Source of the DNA: Takakia lepidozioides
Lineage: Eukaryota; Plantae; Bryophyta
NCBI GenBank assembly: GCA_030704615.1
Contig: CM060731.1
Coordinates: 91,884,001-91,948,000 of the forward strand
DNA: 64,000 nt
Direction of reading: 5' to 3'
Positions 13,490-28,100 of the stretch are shown here, piece after piece. A program made the position numbers and the translations under genes. The notes beneath the pieces are model-generated. The model saw only the letters and a list, made by a program, of their open reading frames with translations. It had not been told where the DNA came from and did no database searches. The stretch's first letter is position 1, and every line of letters begins with the position of its first letter.

Positions 13490-16400
13490 CAACAGACATG
13501 TTTTTTATAAGAACGATGGCAAGATTGTTTTCAAAGAACGAGACTGAAATACTGCCAACGAAACTTTCAGAGAAAAAGGAAAGAAACTGGAATTCTCACC
13601 AGATTGAGGAATGAGATTATATTGTCCCAGGTAGGGGATGGCACCCCAGTGTATCCTCTCTTTCGACTCTTCATCATCGAAAGCCAACCCTCATTAACAA
13701 TTTTTATCTCTCCTGCTGAATCAGAACGGGAAGGGTGTGGCTTGGCATCGAACACGCACTGAAGAGTGCGGGTATATCTTCCAGCAGTAAAGTCCTGCCC
13801 ACTCTCCATCTCCTTTTCATTCTCCTTCCCCTTGTCCTTTTCCTTCTCTTTGGACTTGTCTTTGTCCTTTGGCTTTGCTGGTGAGATGGCTATGACATCA
13901 ACAGCCTTGTCTTTTGGTTTGCGGCCCGCCTTCTTTCCCTTCTGCGGCGTTCCTGAGCATCAGGCTCCTTGGCAGCCAATGTTGCTATGTTTCGTTGATA
14001 CTCTTCGTCAGTCAAAGGCGCCAGCATCTCAGCGTTATTGTTCAAGTATTTCATATGTTGTTCTTGAAAGGTCGTGTGCTCAGGTGGGCAGTCAAGGTAC
14101 CACCCACAGTCTCTGAAGTGAGAAGGACTCCAGTCCTTCAATATCCCTGCAGTATACATGGTTGGATCGTTTGCAGGGTCCGACCACATGTCAAGATAGT
14201 CGGGAATTCTGCTCAGGTGATTTCCTTCCATAAGCACATATTTCGTATACCTGAAAAAGGAGATAAATCCCAACCCACAAAAGCGCTCAGTGAGTAAGAT
14301 GCAAGTAGAACAGAATGAAAAAAAACATAGATTGAAATGGCTCTGAGAACTGCTCCAAGGACCTTTCAGGACCACACTACTGCTCCAGATATGAATGTCG
14401 TCAACGCCATTCAAAACATTCCATTCAATGATACTATAAATACACCCTAATCCAGGTGAATGCAAATTATCGTTTAGGAATGACACAGACATAGAAGTGA
14501 ATGTCGTCAACGACATTCACTAATGAAGCCTAATTATTACTTAAATGAAGCAAAATCACAGGATGGAAATCATAAAATCGAGTAAGGAACCCTCCAGGAA
14601 AACTCAATGCACATTCATAACGAACATATCACTGAGGACCTCACAACATCACTGTATGTGAATGGCGTCAACGCCATTCACAAAAATACCAAAAAGAAAC
14701 CAATTACTTAGCTCCCAATCCATGTAAATTCAAATTGTCGCTGTTGAATAATACAGACACAGAAGTGAATGTCGTCAACGACATTCACTTTGGATTTCTC
14801 ATAACAGAGCTTATCAAGCCTCCAGATTCCTCGCAAAGGCAAAAACAATGCAGAACAACTGAATGTCTGCATTGACATTCAGCAAAATGAAGTGAGGAAC
14901 CCTCACTGTAAACTCTATGGACATTACAAAATTTACATAACTCTGAGGACCTCTCAACAACTCCGTATGTGAATGTCGTCAACGCCATTCAAGGACATTA
15001 TCAATTCTAATCAGGGACACTATAATTACACCCTTAGATCCTAACCAGGTGAATTCATATACTCGCTTAAGAATGACTCAGACAAAGAAGTGAATGTCGT
15101 CAACGACATTCAATCTGGATCTATGATTTGCAATCCTTATGAAGCCACATTTTTCCCAAAAAAAACAGTAGAGTTTCAAGTATGACATTGCACCTGTACA
15201 CAACTCGCATCATGGCCCACTCTCCTCCAACCTGACTGTCAAAGTCATTGGACCGTAAAATGTTACCATTCTTTGGAGAACTCCCGGAAAAAACAGTATC
15301 TCCAGGTGAGACCTCTCCACTTCCTTATGTATGCCTCCAATGACATTTGGGGAGGGGAAACAATCGAAATGTTCAGGTCCTTCAAAGTCTGATCCAACAC
15401 AATGACGGCGCGCTTTTCGAGCTGCAAATAGTATATTTGTCAGAATTGCAAATAAGATACTCATCACATACTTGAAGAAAAGAAAACAGCAAGTTTGAAT
15501 ACACACCTGACTCCAAAATGTAGCCTTGTGGAGCAGTTATCAAACACCAAATCACTGATTCCTTCCACCTTTGTGTCAGGCTGTATGGTGCTCTTTGGGA
15601 ACTGATTCAAGTCATTTACTGTTTGATCTGAGTTCCATATCTCCAGCCACCTTATTTTTGTTGTGGGTCGACCATCGATATGGCCAGCCGGTGCAATTTC
15701 TCCTGCTGCATCTCCGGATGCACATGCTTGTCATAGTGTGTTTTGATCTGCTGAAGGAACTCAGGACCAAGTCCAGGATCTACTATTCTAAGCTGCTTTC
15801 CGAAGGCGGACATCAATTTGGTTCTTCGCATTTCAAACTCCTTCTTTATTGCAGCTTCCACACCCTTTGATGTCCTTAGTTCTTCTGGGTAGTGCGGTAA
15901 TATTCGGATTTTCCCTTCTCAGCTGCCTCTGCCAGTTCTTGCTGCATAAATTCAAGTAGTGATTAGCTCCGAAGGGACTACAAACATGTATTCAAAAAGT
16001 AAACAGAGTACAGACTCGGGCTTACCGCATCCATGTACTCCAGAAACGCCTCTCGTGTCAAAGAATACCAAGTGCCTGCAACTCTTCCTGTTTCGCACTT
16101 CTTGATGATATTGGGTGGTAGTACTGTCCAAAAATCATCCAGCTTCATCAGACCAATCCTCTGAATTCGGAATAGTGTGTGAACCAAGCTTGTTGTCACA
16201 TGCGATTTCTCTGTCGATCTGCAAAAACATTGGAAACATTGCATTCCTTAACACTGTTTTTTGAGGATTAATAAGACATTACAGAGGGAATGAAATCTCC
16301 TGGATGACTTACTTGTTCACGTCGTGCATAGCTGTAAGAAGCCTAGCGATGTCGTTTCCAGGATCCAAAACCATTGCCTCCACAGCAAATGCTTGTCTTT

Positions 16401-16584
16401 GTCTTTCGCATGGTGTTTTCTGAATGTATCCCATCCATGCCAGCAATCGGTGGTTGCCGTCCCAGACGTAGAACATGTGGTTGCAGAATGCTGGGTGTTC
16501 TTTCCCATCATGAGGGCCAGCTCGAACTCCTCATTGGCATCTTTCCAGCACTCATCCCAGTTATCACTGATCTCTGGAGACACT
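13490..16584 (-). pseudogene. Middle exons of the MULE cargo gene, including the C-terminal half of a ParB/Sulfiredoxin-like domain
   Basis: A frame not listed in the track, about 16500-16315, reads EHPAFCNHMFYVWDGNHRLLAWMGYIQ...LLTAMHDVN and ends at a gtaagt donor. DGNHR matches the ParB/Srx GxxR box. Further exons are bounded by GT-AG sites. Confidence 0.68.
14392..15112. repeat. Three ~270-325 bp tandem units holding six 22-bp palindromes TGAATG(T/G)CGT-CA-ACG(A/C)CATTCA
   Basis: Copies start at 14392, 14498, 14659, 14766, 14970 and 15091, all inside predicted intron 14251-15193. Confidence 0.9.
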
Positions 16585-17581
16585 TGTTAGAGGACTGCCA
16601 GGGACTTAGACATTTTACGGGATCTGTAGGGTACCCTTAATTTTTTGCACAGACTGAGATCAACAGGAGCCTTAGGGGTGACAGCAGCACACTGTAAAAG
16701 GGGGTTACACAGTCCATCACAGCCAACACAACCCGTCACAGTCGTCACAGCCGACACAGCCATCACAGCCGTCACAGTCGTCATAGCCGACACAGCCATC
16801 ACAGCCAACACAGCCCGTCACAGCCGACACAGCCACACAGCCAGTCACAGCCCGACACAGCCAAACACAGTCGCACAGCCAGTCACAGCCAGTCACAGTT
16901 TCACACAGCCAGTCACAGCTTGACACAACTGTCACGATCATAGCGAACGAGAGAGCAGGACAGGGAACGACTGTGGGGAACAACACCTGCAAATGGAACA
17001 TGTTAGTTCACGGCGACGGTTAGTGAGGAAAACGGTTAGAGCCACGGGTAGGAAGATAAAGGAGAAGCAAGGACGGAGAAGGGGGGATCAATCTTGGAAG
17101 CACTCGAGGGGGGGACTTTTTTGGTCATGGATGAGAGGGGATCGGGCGGAGAGCAAGAACGAAAGCAAGCATGGAGAGCACGGGGAAGGAGGAGAGATGA
17201 TTAGTAAATGCTTGTTATATGCAAAGCTGTAGTGATATTGTAGAGGAGATTAGAGACACAATGGCTTCGGCCTGATACCTGATAAAAATCATAATCTGAT
17301 ACTGATACGATACAATCACACTGTGTAGAAAGATCTGAGTGAAGCTGTGGAATGAATGGATGAGTTGATGAGCAAACTGATACTCAATTATCAATAGTAA
17401 GGTAGCTAGCTAACATGAATGCGGAAAGGGAAAACAAATAGGAAACACCCCCATGATACACTAGCTGTAGGTCATGACTGATTGTTCTGAGCGGGCTGAG
17501 TACTTAGAGATTTCCAACTCTTCTATCTTGGAGTTTCCACCTCGGATAGCGAAGGGATGGGTGAGTAAAAGCCCCGCGACA
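16585..17581 (+). repeat. 5' LTR, containing a CACAGC-based microrepeat tract
   Basis: Direct repeat of 28783-29762 with TG...CA ends. Confidence 0.96.
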
Positions 17582-17583
17582 TT

Positions 17584-17601
17584 TGGCGACCATACTGGGG
17601 A
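17584..17601 (+). promoter_or_regulatory. tRNA primer-binding site TGGCGACCATACTGGGGA (tRNA-Arg-like)
   Basis: Begins with TGG 2 nt after the LTR and resembles the TGGCGACTCC(A/G)CTGGGGA PBS of plant non-chromoviruses. The tRNA identity is inferred. Confidence 0.7.
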
Positions 17602-18899
17602 TCTAGGTCATGAACAACCAGATGTAACAGGCATCTGGTGGGATCATGGTGGATGGAGAATTAAAGAATTTGATGTGAATCAAATTCCTTGTGAAACTGA
17701 GAAGGAAAGATTGTCCAAACGATTCTTCCAGAGGTTTTTGGAATTGCCGGACGGTTGTAAAGAAAACATTCTTAAGAGAGTGCATGATGCTGACCCAGTA
17801 TGGGGTCTGGAGAAAGGAGTGATAAAGATTTATCAGGTGGCCTGTAGAGGAAGAGCACGTTGGTTACCAACATTGGTATATGTGATAGCATTGCTATCCA
17901 TTAAGCGAGTAGAGTTTGAAGGCTGGGAGGAAAGAAAAGTAAATGTTTATACTGATATGCATGAAGAGCTTGTAACGGAGACTTCAAGTATAACCAAGGG
18001 TGCATTGAAGCTTGAAAGAAACCCAGGCATATACGAGAGATATTACAGAAGAGAGTTTTGGTTATTGCCACATTAAAAGAAATGAAAGACATGGGACATG
18101 AGTGATGAAAGAGAAGCTAGACGCCAGAGATATTCAGCAAAAAGAGAAAACTATCTTAAAGCTAATTATCCATATCTTTGGGAGAGAGGAATAGACATAG
18201 GGGAATCATCTGGACCTCTCACGCCATTAAGATCAAAGAGTACATCACCCATACCAGAAGAACTAGAGTTGAATGACACTCCTTCTGTTTCTTTGCGAGA
18301 AAGATTAAGTCTTTGATAAGAGTTGGCATGGACACCAAAAAAAAAGCAGGAACTCCAGTTTCTGAGCGGAAAGGTTGAAGAAGGAGGAGAGAGGTGGCGA
18401 TTTAGAGCCAATGGAGAGTTCAGACTCTCCAACACCATTACAGTGAGTTACATGAGTGAAGAAGAAACCCAAGGGCAGAGAACTTGGAGGATGAAACAGA
18501 GAGAAGAAATTGGAAGAGGAAGAATAGAAGAAGTAGACCCAACAGCTGAGGTTGAGACTACAACCAGGACATCCCAACCCGTTGCGACCTGGATCAAGTG
18601 GAGCACTTTGGATCACATGCCAACGAAGGTGTCGGCTCAGGGGGATCAGGCGGGCTGCCTGGATCTCGCTCGGGGGGGGACAGGGAGTGTGGGGAGGACG
18701 TAGTGCCAACTCAAGCTGGGAATACTGTGATTGAATATAGTGGGGCCAGAAGCAGGGAGTGACTCAAGGGCCACAACTTGGTGGAGAAGATCCACCACCA
18801 CAAAACAAGAGTCCAGAAGGACCAGCACCAGGCAAGGGTTGCCAGCACCTGTCAGGGGCAGAAGGTAGGGCCACAGATGGCGTTACAAACCCAACACGG

Positions 18900-21800
18900 G
18901 CAAACCAAATGTTCCAAATATATTCAGGAAAAGGGGCCTGATGTACACATTAGCAATTTGAGCACATGTGTATAGTGAACAATGAGAATGGCGATGATGC
19001 CAAGATGAAGACTGTTTCCGTGTTCACTTATAAAGAAAGCAACGTGAATGGTATGCAAGATTCCTGATAATCATTTCCTAACCTGGAATGGCTTGAATAC
19101 AGCATTTCAAAATAGGTTCAAGGACAAGTAAAACTGAGGATGAAGTGTATGGAAGTTTACAACAGTTAAAGCAAAAGAAGCATGAAACTGTTGAGGAGTA
19201 TATGGAAAAGATGGAATTGATGATGAAAAAGCTGGGCAGTACCAGCACCCGGTTTACAGAAGACTTGGTTTGTGAGTGGACTAAGGCCAGAGTTTTGCAA
19301 AAGAAAGTGGATATGTTACCCCATAATACAGGGGAGGAGGCATTTGAAACTGCAAACAGAATTGAGCAATGGGGAATGCTCAGGAGAGAGAAAAGGGATG
19401 ATGAAGACTCTGAGGGAGGGGAGTCAGATGAAGAAGAAGAGCAAGAACTAAAAAGGAAGAGTAAGAGAAAGGAGAAGTTGAAGAGGGATAACTATGAAAA
19501 AAGATTGGAAGAAATCTTGAAGAAATATGCCACAGAGGCTGCAACACATTGGAGGAAGGGTGCGTGTATGGTGTGCAAAGTGCCAAAATGAAGGCCCATA
19601 CCACAAAGAATGCCACAATGAAGGAGAAACCTTGTACTATCTGTAAAATGTGATAACCATTTTCTATTGAGAATTGTTATACAACAGAAGGACAGATGCA
19701 AAGAGAAACTAGGCAAGTAAGGTGCAGCCAGGTGCAAGCCCCAAGCCAGAAGAGAACAAATCAGGACCACTATGGTGTCTGGTGGTTATAACAATGGCAT
19801 GGAAGGGAGAGGTAATTCAAGGGGAATTACCAAGGAAATTCCAGAGGCAACTATCAGGGTAATCCAAGGGGGAATACTAGCCCGGGAATCAGGATTACAG
19901 AAATAATCCAAGAGCAGACCAAGGGCGAGGACCCAATGGTGAAGAACTATGTTACTATTGTAATCAGCCAGGACATCGCAAGGCAGCCTGTTCATTCTGG
20001 ATAAGACACAATCAGAATGAGATGAGAGCTCCTGTGAATGAGGGCCCAGTGGTGGCAGCTCACATGGTTAGGCCATGTGTTGTACCAGAAGTAAGTACAA
20101 TGATAGTAACCAGAAGCAAAGCCAAGCAAATTAATACCTCCGGTAGTTGAGGAAGATGATGATAATGAAGGTGGCAGTGATATGACCTGAAGATGATGGG
20201 GCTTGGAGAGAGGAGAAGGAACTGCACAAGGAAGTTGCAGATACCATAAGGGAAATGCGCAGAAGAGTACTGATATTCCTGTGGCAGATTCCTCTGATTC
20301 TGATGGAGAAGAAGAAGGGAGTGAGGATGAAAGGAAAAGAAAAGAAGATGCAGACATGCAAAGTAATGAAGAAACTTTGGCTGAAGTAATATGCCAGACA
20401 AAGAAAGCAGAAATTACCATTGGACAAGCTATTGGCTGTGGCACCTATTGTAGGCACAGGCTGTATCAAGCAATCAATCGAATTGCCCAGGAGACCGGAA
20501 ACACAGACCTAAACAGCAAGGTGACCAGTTATATGGAACTCGGAAAGCCGGAAAGGCAAGAAACAGTCATGGACTTTGATGATTTTATGCCAGTAATCCA
20601 ATTGAGAATTGGAAGCACAGAAAGTAATTGATGTACTGATAGATGGAGGTTCTGGAGTAAATATCATGACAGACCAATTGAGAAAGAAGCTTGGTCTAAG
20701 TAATAACATGAAACCAGCCCCATTTACAGTAACAATGGCAGATCAAAGAAGTGTACAGCCATTGGGATTAATAAGAGGAGTTAGATACAGATACAGAAGA
20801 TGATCTTTATGATCACAGTAACTGTGTTGAAGATGGATGAAGTCATGGAGGCTTACTCCTTATTATTGGGACGTCCGTGGCTGACGCAGGCCAGGGTATT
20901 CCATGACTGGAATTCTCAGTTATTAACCGTGCATAATGGGATACACGAGATACAAATTACCACAAAGAAATCTAGTAGATTATCTGCTACGAGAAGACCT
21001 CGAGGAGTCAGAGAGTATGACTGGAGAGAAGGACTGGATGAGGAGCAGGAAGCTACCTGTTTGCTGCACACCCAGAGTGGGAGCAAGTTGCAGAGATGCG
21101 GCTGGAAAGCCTAAGTTGTTTAAGATGTATCTGCTGTGGTGTAGTGACAGCAACACAACTGAAGAGGAAACCAACAGTTACCCATCACATTTCTATGAAG
21201 AAAGAGAAGGAGAAATGGAAATCCTAGAGGAACCAGCCACTGTGAGCTTACAGGATGAAGTGGTGACTGGTTGGACAATCACAGCTGATGAGCAGGTGAG
21301 GGAAGTGAATGTGGGAACTAAAGAGGAACCGAGGATGGTGAAAGTAGGAGGAGCTGATTTGGAGCCAGAATTCTTTGAAGAAGCTAAGAGCTTGTTCATC
21401 AAATACAGAGATGTATTTGCTTGGAGCTATGAGGATCTAAAAGGAATACCACCTGAAGTCTGTCAGCATAAGATTGAACTGGAACCAGGGTCAGTACCAA
21501 TCAAGCAGGCGAGGTACAGAATGAATCCCAACTACGCACAGAAGGTTGGAGAAGAGATCAAGAAGTTGGCTGAGGCTAAGTTTATATACCCAATAGAGTA
21601 TACAACTTGGTTGTCACCCATTGTTAGTTCCCAAGAAGAATGGTAAACTAAGAGTATGTGTGAACTACAAGAAGCTAATGCTTGTACGAAGAAAGATCTT
21701 TTTCCTTTGCCATTCACAGAAGCAGTATTGGACACTGTGGCAGGCCATGAGATGTACTCATTCATGGATGGGTTCAGTGGTTATAATCAAGTACAAGTGG

Positions 21801-24090
21801 CAGAAGACCAGCAAGGGAAAAACAGCTTTCATCACAGACTGGGGTGCTTATGCATACAAAGTCATGCCCTTTGGACTTTGTAATGCACCAGCGACCTTTC
21901 AGAGAGTGATAAGTGAATCTTTTCATGAGTATCTGGATGATTTCATGCAGGTGTTCTTGGATGATTTCAGTGTGTACAGCTCTAAGAATGAACACTTGCA
22001 TAAATTGGAGTTATGCTGGCCAGATGCAGGATGAGAGGTCTGGGCCTGAATCCAAAGAAGTGTACTTTTTGTGTGAACTCAGGGGTGCTTCTGGGACACA
22101 TTGTGTGTGTAAGAGGGGACTTCTTGTGGATCCCAGGAAGACAGAGGCCATTAAAGCCTCTCCACCACCAGTGAATGTTAAGAGTCTAAGGAGATTCCTT
22201 GGGCAAACCAGTTATTACAGAAGATTTGTCAAAAGGTATGCACAAATAGCAGCACCATTGAGCAAGACTAGAGAAGAAAGATGCAGTGTTTGCCTGGACA
22301 GCTGAATGTCAACAGGCGTTCGAGGAACTTACACTATCAGTAACAACTACACCTGTGCTGATTAACCCTCACTGGCATGTAGTATTTCACGTTCACTGCG
22401 ATGCATCAGAGAGAAGCGTTGGGAGCGGTGTTAGCCCAGAATGTTACAGGAAATATAGATTCACCTGTGTACTATGCTAGCAGGTTGATGAACAGTGCTA
22501 AAAGGAACTATAGCACAACTGAAAGAGAAGCACTGGCAATGATTTATGATGCAGTCAAGAAATTCAGGCATTACCTATTGGGAAGAAAAGTTTATGTTTA
22601 TGTGGATCACCAGGCTCTGATATATCTGGTGAACAAACCCTTGATAAGTGGAAGGATAGCGAGAGGTGGTTGATAATCTTGCATGAGTTTGAGTTCGAAG
22701 TTATTTACAAGCCTGGCCGTTTGCATCTTGTGGCAGATCATTTGTCACGACTAACAACAGGAGAGGCTGCCACAGGAGTGGACGATCAGTTACCTGATGC
22801 GAGTTTATTTGTAATGGAGGTGCAAGGAAGTGCAGATGAATGGTTAGATTGGCAGTGGCCAATCAGATACTACCTTACTCATGGTCAATGCCCACCTAGT
22901 TATGGTAAGGAGCAGAGGAAGAGAATCGCTATCAAAGCTTTACCTTATACTATGGTAGGAAGCAGAATGTATAAGCTAGGACCTGATGGAGTACTAAAAC
23001 GATGTTTGTACCACCATGAAGTAAATAAAGTTTTGGAGGAAGTTCATAAAGGAGTGGCTGGAGGTCATTTTGGAGAGAGAGACTACCAGTAGGAAGCTAC
23101 TACTCGCAGGTTACTGGTGGCCTACTTTGTTCAAAGATGTACACGAGTATTGTCAGAGTTGTGATGAATGTCAGAGGCTAGGACCTTTGCAGAGATCTGG
23201 AAGGATGGCCTTGCATCCTACAATGCCTACGGAACCATTTCAGAAATGGGGACTAGATTTTGTTGGACCAATTAACCCACCACCAAGAATACACGGAACA
23301 GGTACATAATTACAGCCACTGATTATACTACGAAATGGGTGGAAGCTAAAGCTTTGAGGGACAACACAGCCAAGTCCACAGCAAGGTTTCTATATGAGAA
23401 CATACTTACACGATTTGGCTGTCCCTTAGAATTTATCAGTGATCAGGGAAGTCACTTCATTAATGAGACCATTGAATTATTGACTAAAGAATTCATGATT
23501 GTGCATAGGAAGAGTACAACATATTACCCACAGGGTAATGGACAGGCAGAGGCTACCAACAAAATACTATGTACTATCTTGGCTAAGATAGTCAATGCAA
23601 ACAGAACGGATTGGGATACAAAGCTGTTGACAGCTTTGTGGTCATACAGGACTTCATATAAAGTCACCACTAAGTATACACCATTCCAATTAGTTTATGG
23701 TATGGAAGCCTTACTTCCAGTGGATTCCTGTTACCTACCATGAGAACGGAGTGGGGAAAGAGAATGGAATTGCAAGATTCCATTAAGGTCAGGAAACATG
23801 AATTATACCATGTGGAAGAAGTAGTACGTGCTGATGCAGCTGATAATATGACCAGAATTCAGATGAAGAGGAAGGAACAGTTTGATGAAGGCAAGTTAAA
23901 AACTTTTAAGACGGGAGATTTGGTTCTATGGTTGCAAGAAAAAAGGAAAGATTAAAGCTTCTAAGCTTAAATCACCATGGAAAGGACCTTATGTCATACA
24001 AAAGATGTATGATAACAACACCGCCATGTTACAACCATTAACAAAGAAATGCTGGGAAGAGTCAATGCCAATAAGTTGAAGGGGTACAGT
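18900..24090 (+). pseudogene. gag-pol of the nested Gypsy (frameshifted)
   Basis: Gag LKQKKHETVEEY; protease VLIDGGSGVNIM; RT YKVMPFGLCNAPATFQR...FLDDFSVYS; RNase H FHVHCDAS...NYSTTEREALA; integrase H-x6-H...C-x2-C, WGLDFVGP, ISDQGSHF, NGQAEATNK. Confidence 0.93.
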
Positions 24091-25159
24091 GGTATCCATG
24101 ACAAACCATTGCAGCATGATTTGCATGATGAAACGCAAGAGCAGTCACAGGGCTGCACCAGTGTTACGAACGGAGTATGGAGCACTTGTCGCTAGGCCGA
24201 GCATATATGACCAGGGAGGGCAAAACAAGCGTGACACAGCCTATCACAGCCCATCAAGGCGAAACACACGCCTATCACAGCCATCACAACGTGACACAGC
24301 CATCACAGCCCACATCGACGTGAACAGTCCTATCACAGCCTAGCACGGTGCATCACAGCCTATCACAGCTTACCACAGTGCATCACAGCCTATCACAGCG
24401 TACACACAGTATGACACAGCCTGTCACAGCTCAACACAGCCTACTAGGGTTACACAATCCATAGAATCAGTGACAGGTGGACGCACATTAACTTCAGGAA
24501 AATGGCCGACGGAAGAAAAGGACGGAAACCAGTTTAAAAATAGACACGTGGAAGTCAGGGGGCGACACACAGCTGAGAAGGAAGTGCAAGAACAGGTGTC
24601 ATCAAGAAAGAAGACAAGAATGGCCGTCAAAGTACCTACTTAGCGCGTCAATTCGGATGAATGGCGGGCCCATTAATGAATACGAAAAAAGGGGAACGGA
24701 ACAAACGGCAAGTACAGAAAAGCGAAATTCTTGTCACATGTGTGATCCTAGTGGACAGTCCAATAGGGAAAGTCCACTAAAGAAAATTAAATCTAAAATC
24801 CAGTCACAGCGGTTACAGCCAATCAAAAGCCAGAGAAGGATCAAGAAATTGGAGGGAAATTAAGCGCAAGAGACGGCGTCGTTCTAGTAACGGGCGTCTC
24901 GAAGGGACAAACCATCAATGCTATAGCTTTGAAGCTATGGAGGAACTAACAGACTATACGCTTGCAATATTACTTACGCAGTGGCATAGGGACGAAACAA
25001 CAGAGCGGAGCTTTTCTCTTGAGCGATGCTTGCAAGCCCCACAGGCTTACAAGAAATTACCCATAGCTTTTGTGGCAACCATACGTTTATGCTTTGTGCA
25101 CTACAGGCATTTCTTCAGTTGTTACAGCCAAAACATTTCTGTGGGTCTAGAATGAGAGA

Positions 25160-28100
25160 GTGAGAGGAATGGAGGAAATCAGGGGTGAAGAGCACCACAA
25201 TCCTGCAGAAACAAACGATTGCTACTCCACAGGCATACAGATACTAAAGGAGCTGAGATTGCAAGGATTGCAAAGCATAGATTGGACATTGCACCATAGA
25301 CAGTACATGTTACAATTCTTGCAGAACTTTGAGCCAAGGACAGGAACAACAACGGTGAAGGGAGTTGAATTAGTAATTACTCCCCTATACCTCCAGCAAT
25401 TGTTTCGATTGCCAGCAGGTCAGGTGCATGTGGAGGAGCACAGGGCAAGACTGCAAATAGGGGACTTATTCCAAGAAGGGAGTTTCTTTAAAACTCAGGG
25501 TTATGCTTGTACCAAGGCCGTGTACCCAGGGCTAAAGGAGGTAGGCCAGGTATTGAACGTTCTGATTGCCATGAAACAGAACCAACAGTATTTGAGCAGA
25601 TCCTTCACGGAGGAAATACTCAAAGCCCTGAAAGGACAAGAAGAGTAGAATGGGCGGACATAATGTACAACGCACTGGTAGAGGAGATGAAAAGATTACA
25701 AGGTACTACCGCAAAGTCTCCTATCATAGTGTCTGGCCCAATCATTGCTCAAATAATTCTTGATTCTGGCATACTTGATGCGCAAGAAAGAAAGGAGATG
25801 GGAGTGTTTGAGCCAAGAAACCACTGCAATGGAAGAGCAAGGCTCTTCACACAGTGAGGGTGGACTAGCAGGGCAACCCGAGACTAAGAGGCAGAGACGG
25901 GGAAAGACTGTAGTTGCGGATCCACTGGCTTCACGGATTCCGCATGATAATGTTTCCCAAGCTCATGTGTGCAGGAAGGGGCACAGCAGCACAGAGAACT
26001 GCTATTACTGGAAGCAGGACCTTCAGAAAAGGGAGGAGGAAGTTACTTCAGTATCACAACCATCACAGCCAGCTGATCGGCTTGTCACAAGGTTACAAGT
26101 TGTCCATGCAGCTCAACCAGAAATAATTGATTTGGAAAAAGAAGGGTTAGATATTCCAACTACAGAACAGATAGTGGCAGAAATTGAGAAGGGGGACCTT
26201 CTCTATGAATATTCTGGTCTGGTCAAGGAGACAGAGATTCCAGAGGTGCAACAGTTGCCCAAGGGAAATCCTGAGGTGCATATAATACACACACCTGTGG
26301 CGGGGGTACCACAGGTAGAATGTCAAGACACTGCAGCACCGGTGATGGATGATGTGGTTCAGGAAGAAAATCCGGTGGGGACAATGGCCTGAATGGTTCG
26401 TGAGACATCACACGGTTGAGGATCAGGAGGAACAGCAGCAACCTCACCATGATGACCCTCAACAGGCAATGCTGATGAGTTCCATAGGCAGGACACTTAA
26501 TTTGTTGGGGACTTATGTCAAATCCCATGTTCCAACTACCCAATTGACAGCCTTGAGAGAGGAACTCAGGAAGGAGTTTGAGGCTCGACTAGCCACTGAG
26601 TGTGCAAACAAGGTCGATGAGGAGGTCACTCTCAAGATGCAGCAGGACTTGGAAATACAGAAGCGGCTTGCAATTGGCCAAGGAACAATTGATTGAGGCA
26701 GGCCTCGCGCAAGACCAGTTGCACGAAGCACATAAGCAACAGCTATACCAAATGCAGGTGAAGCATGAAAGCAAGTTGCAACAAGTAAATGCACTACATA
26801 CGGAGTTGCAGACAGTGCATGACAGGATGGCCATCCATGTGCTACACTCACAACTATGCTTGACCAATCTACAATAGAAATAAACAGTCAAGCGAAAAAA
26901 GTATGAAGGAAGAGAGAAGCATGAGAATGTTGAGCAAATGAAACTCATTGTCGACATGAAGAATACAATCTGTCGCAATGAGGATACTTTCAAGCAATAC
27001 AGGCAGGTTGAAGCTGACCAAGAGAGGCACATCCTGGAGTTGCAACAAACGGTCATGGCCAATAGAAATGAACTCTCTGTGGCTAACAAAGCTTGGAAGG
27101 AAGCCAATAATCTGGCTGCTGCCTATGCGAATTTGGTTGAACCTCATGCGAAGCGTATGGAGGCTTTACAACAGCAGTTAGATGTGTAAAAACTAAGAGA
27201 GGAGCACACTCTCAGAGGAACCACAAGCAACTTGGTGGATAACCACCTTATGCAGGTCTGGTTAGCACAAGGGCCAGTGGAGGGCAAAGCACCACGAAAG
27301 CTCACCCAAAGCGAGATGAATGAGCTCAGGCTGCAAGTGCAGAACATTGCCACAACTACTATAGACAATGTCTATAGTAGGATAGCAGAGTTACAGGAGG
27401 ATATAGACGGCCTGCAGACTCAAGTGGAGGACCTCACTTCAAATATCGACAAAGAGAGTCTGTGTACCTGATGAACAGCTAATGGCTTCTTATTTAAAAG
27501 CGCGAGAACTTTAGCTTTTCAGTCTTCTTCCACAGGAGGTGCAGGAGATGCCAATGGTACAAGAGCCAGTGCCACCAACATCCAACAAGTCACTGTGCCA
27601 ATAGCTGACCCTGTTGTTACTACAACCACACCACAGCCACCACAGTCTGAGGTATGGGGCAATGCTGCTTTTAACCCACCTAAAACTCCAGCTGCAAGGG
27701 AGTACAGTAGGGCTATGATTCTGCCCTTCAACCAAATTCCCATCATGTTGGATTTGGCTTGGAAAGAATTTAGTCCTCCGCAGTCATTTCGCACATTCGC
27801 CACCATACTACCAAATCATGCGTATTTGGCTGCCAGTGGCAACTAGGACTAAAGTTCTTCCGAACAATCGACCAATTGAAGATCATCACTTTGCACAATA
27901 CTGGCATGAGGCAGGTACAATGTTGAGGAATTAATTTCCTTCCAGTTGTACATGGATTCATTTATACCAAGACCAAGGAGGTAGCGAGTAGTAGTTATTG
28001 TCCTGGATGTGGATTATACTACGCTGCTTGTTTTCTGGTACGTTATCACATTGAGCAGCAAAAGATGCAAGCGCGCTTTCTGAGTTATTCCAGTGGGGAT

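Noticed and set aside
16587-17001. Cys/Thr/Ala-rich repeat ORFs, also at 28871-29116
   Set aside because: Artefacts of the CACAGC microrepeat in the LTRs.
18900-24090. Programmed ribosomal frameshifts in gag-pol
   Set aside because: Indels are numerous and scattered through conserved domains and LTRs, which fits sequencing error or decay.
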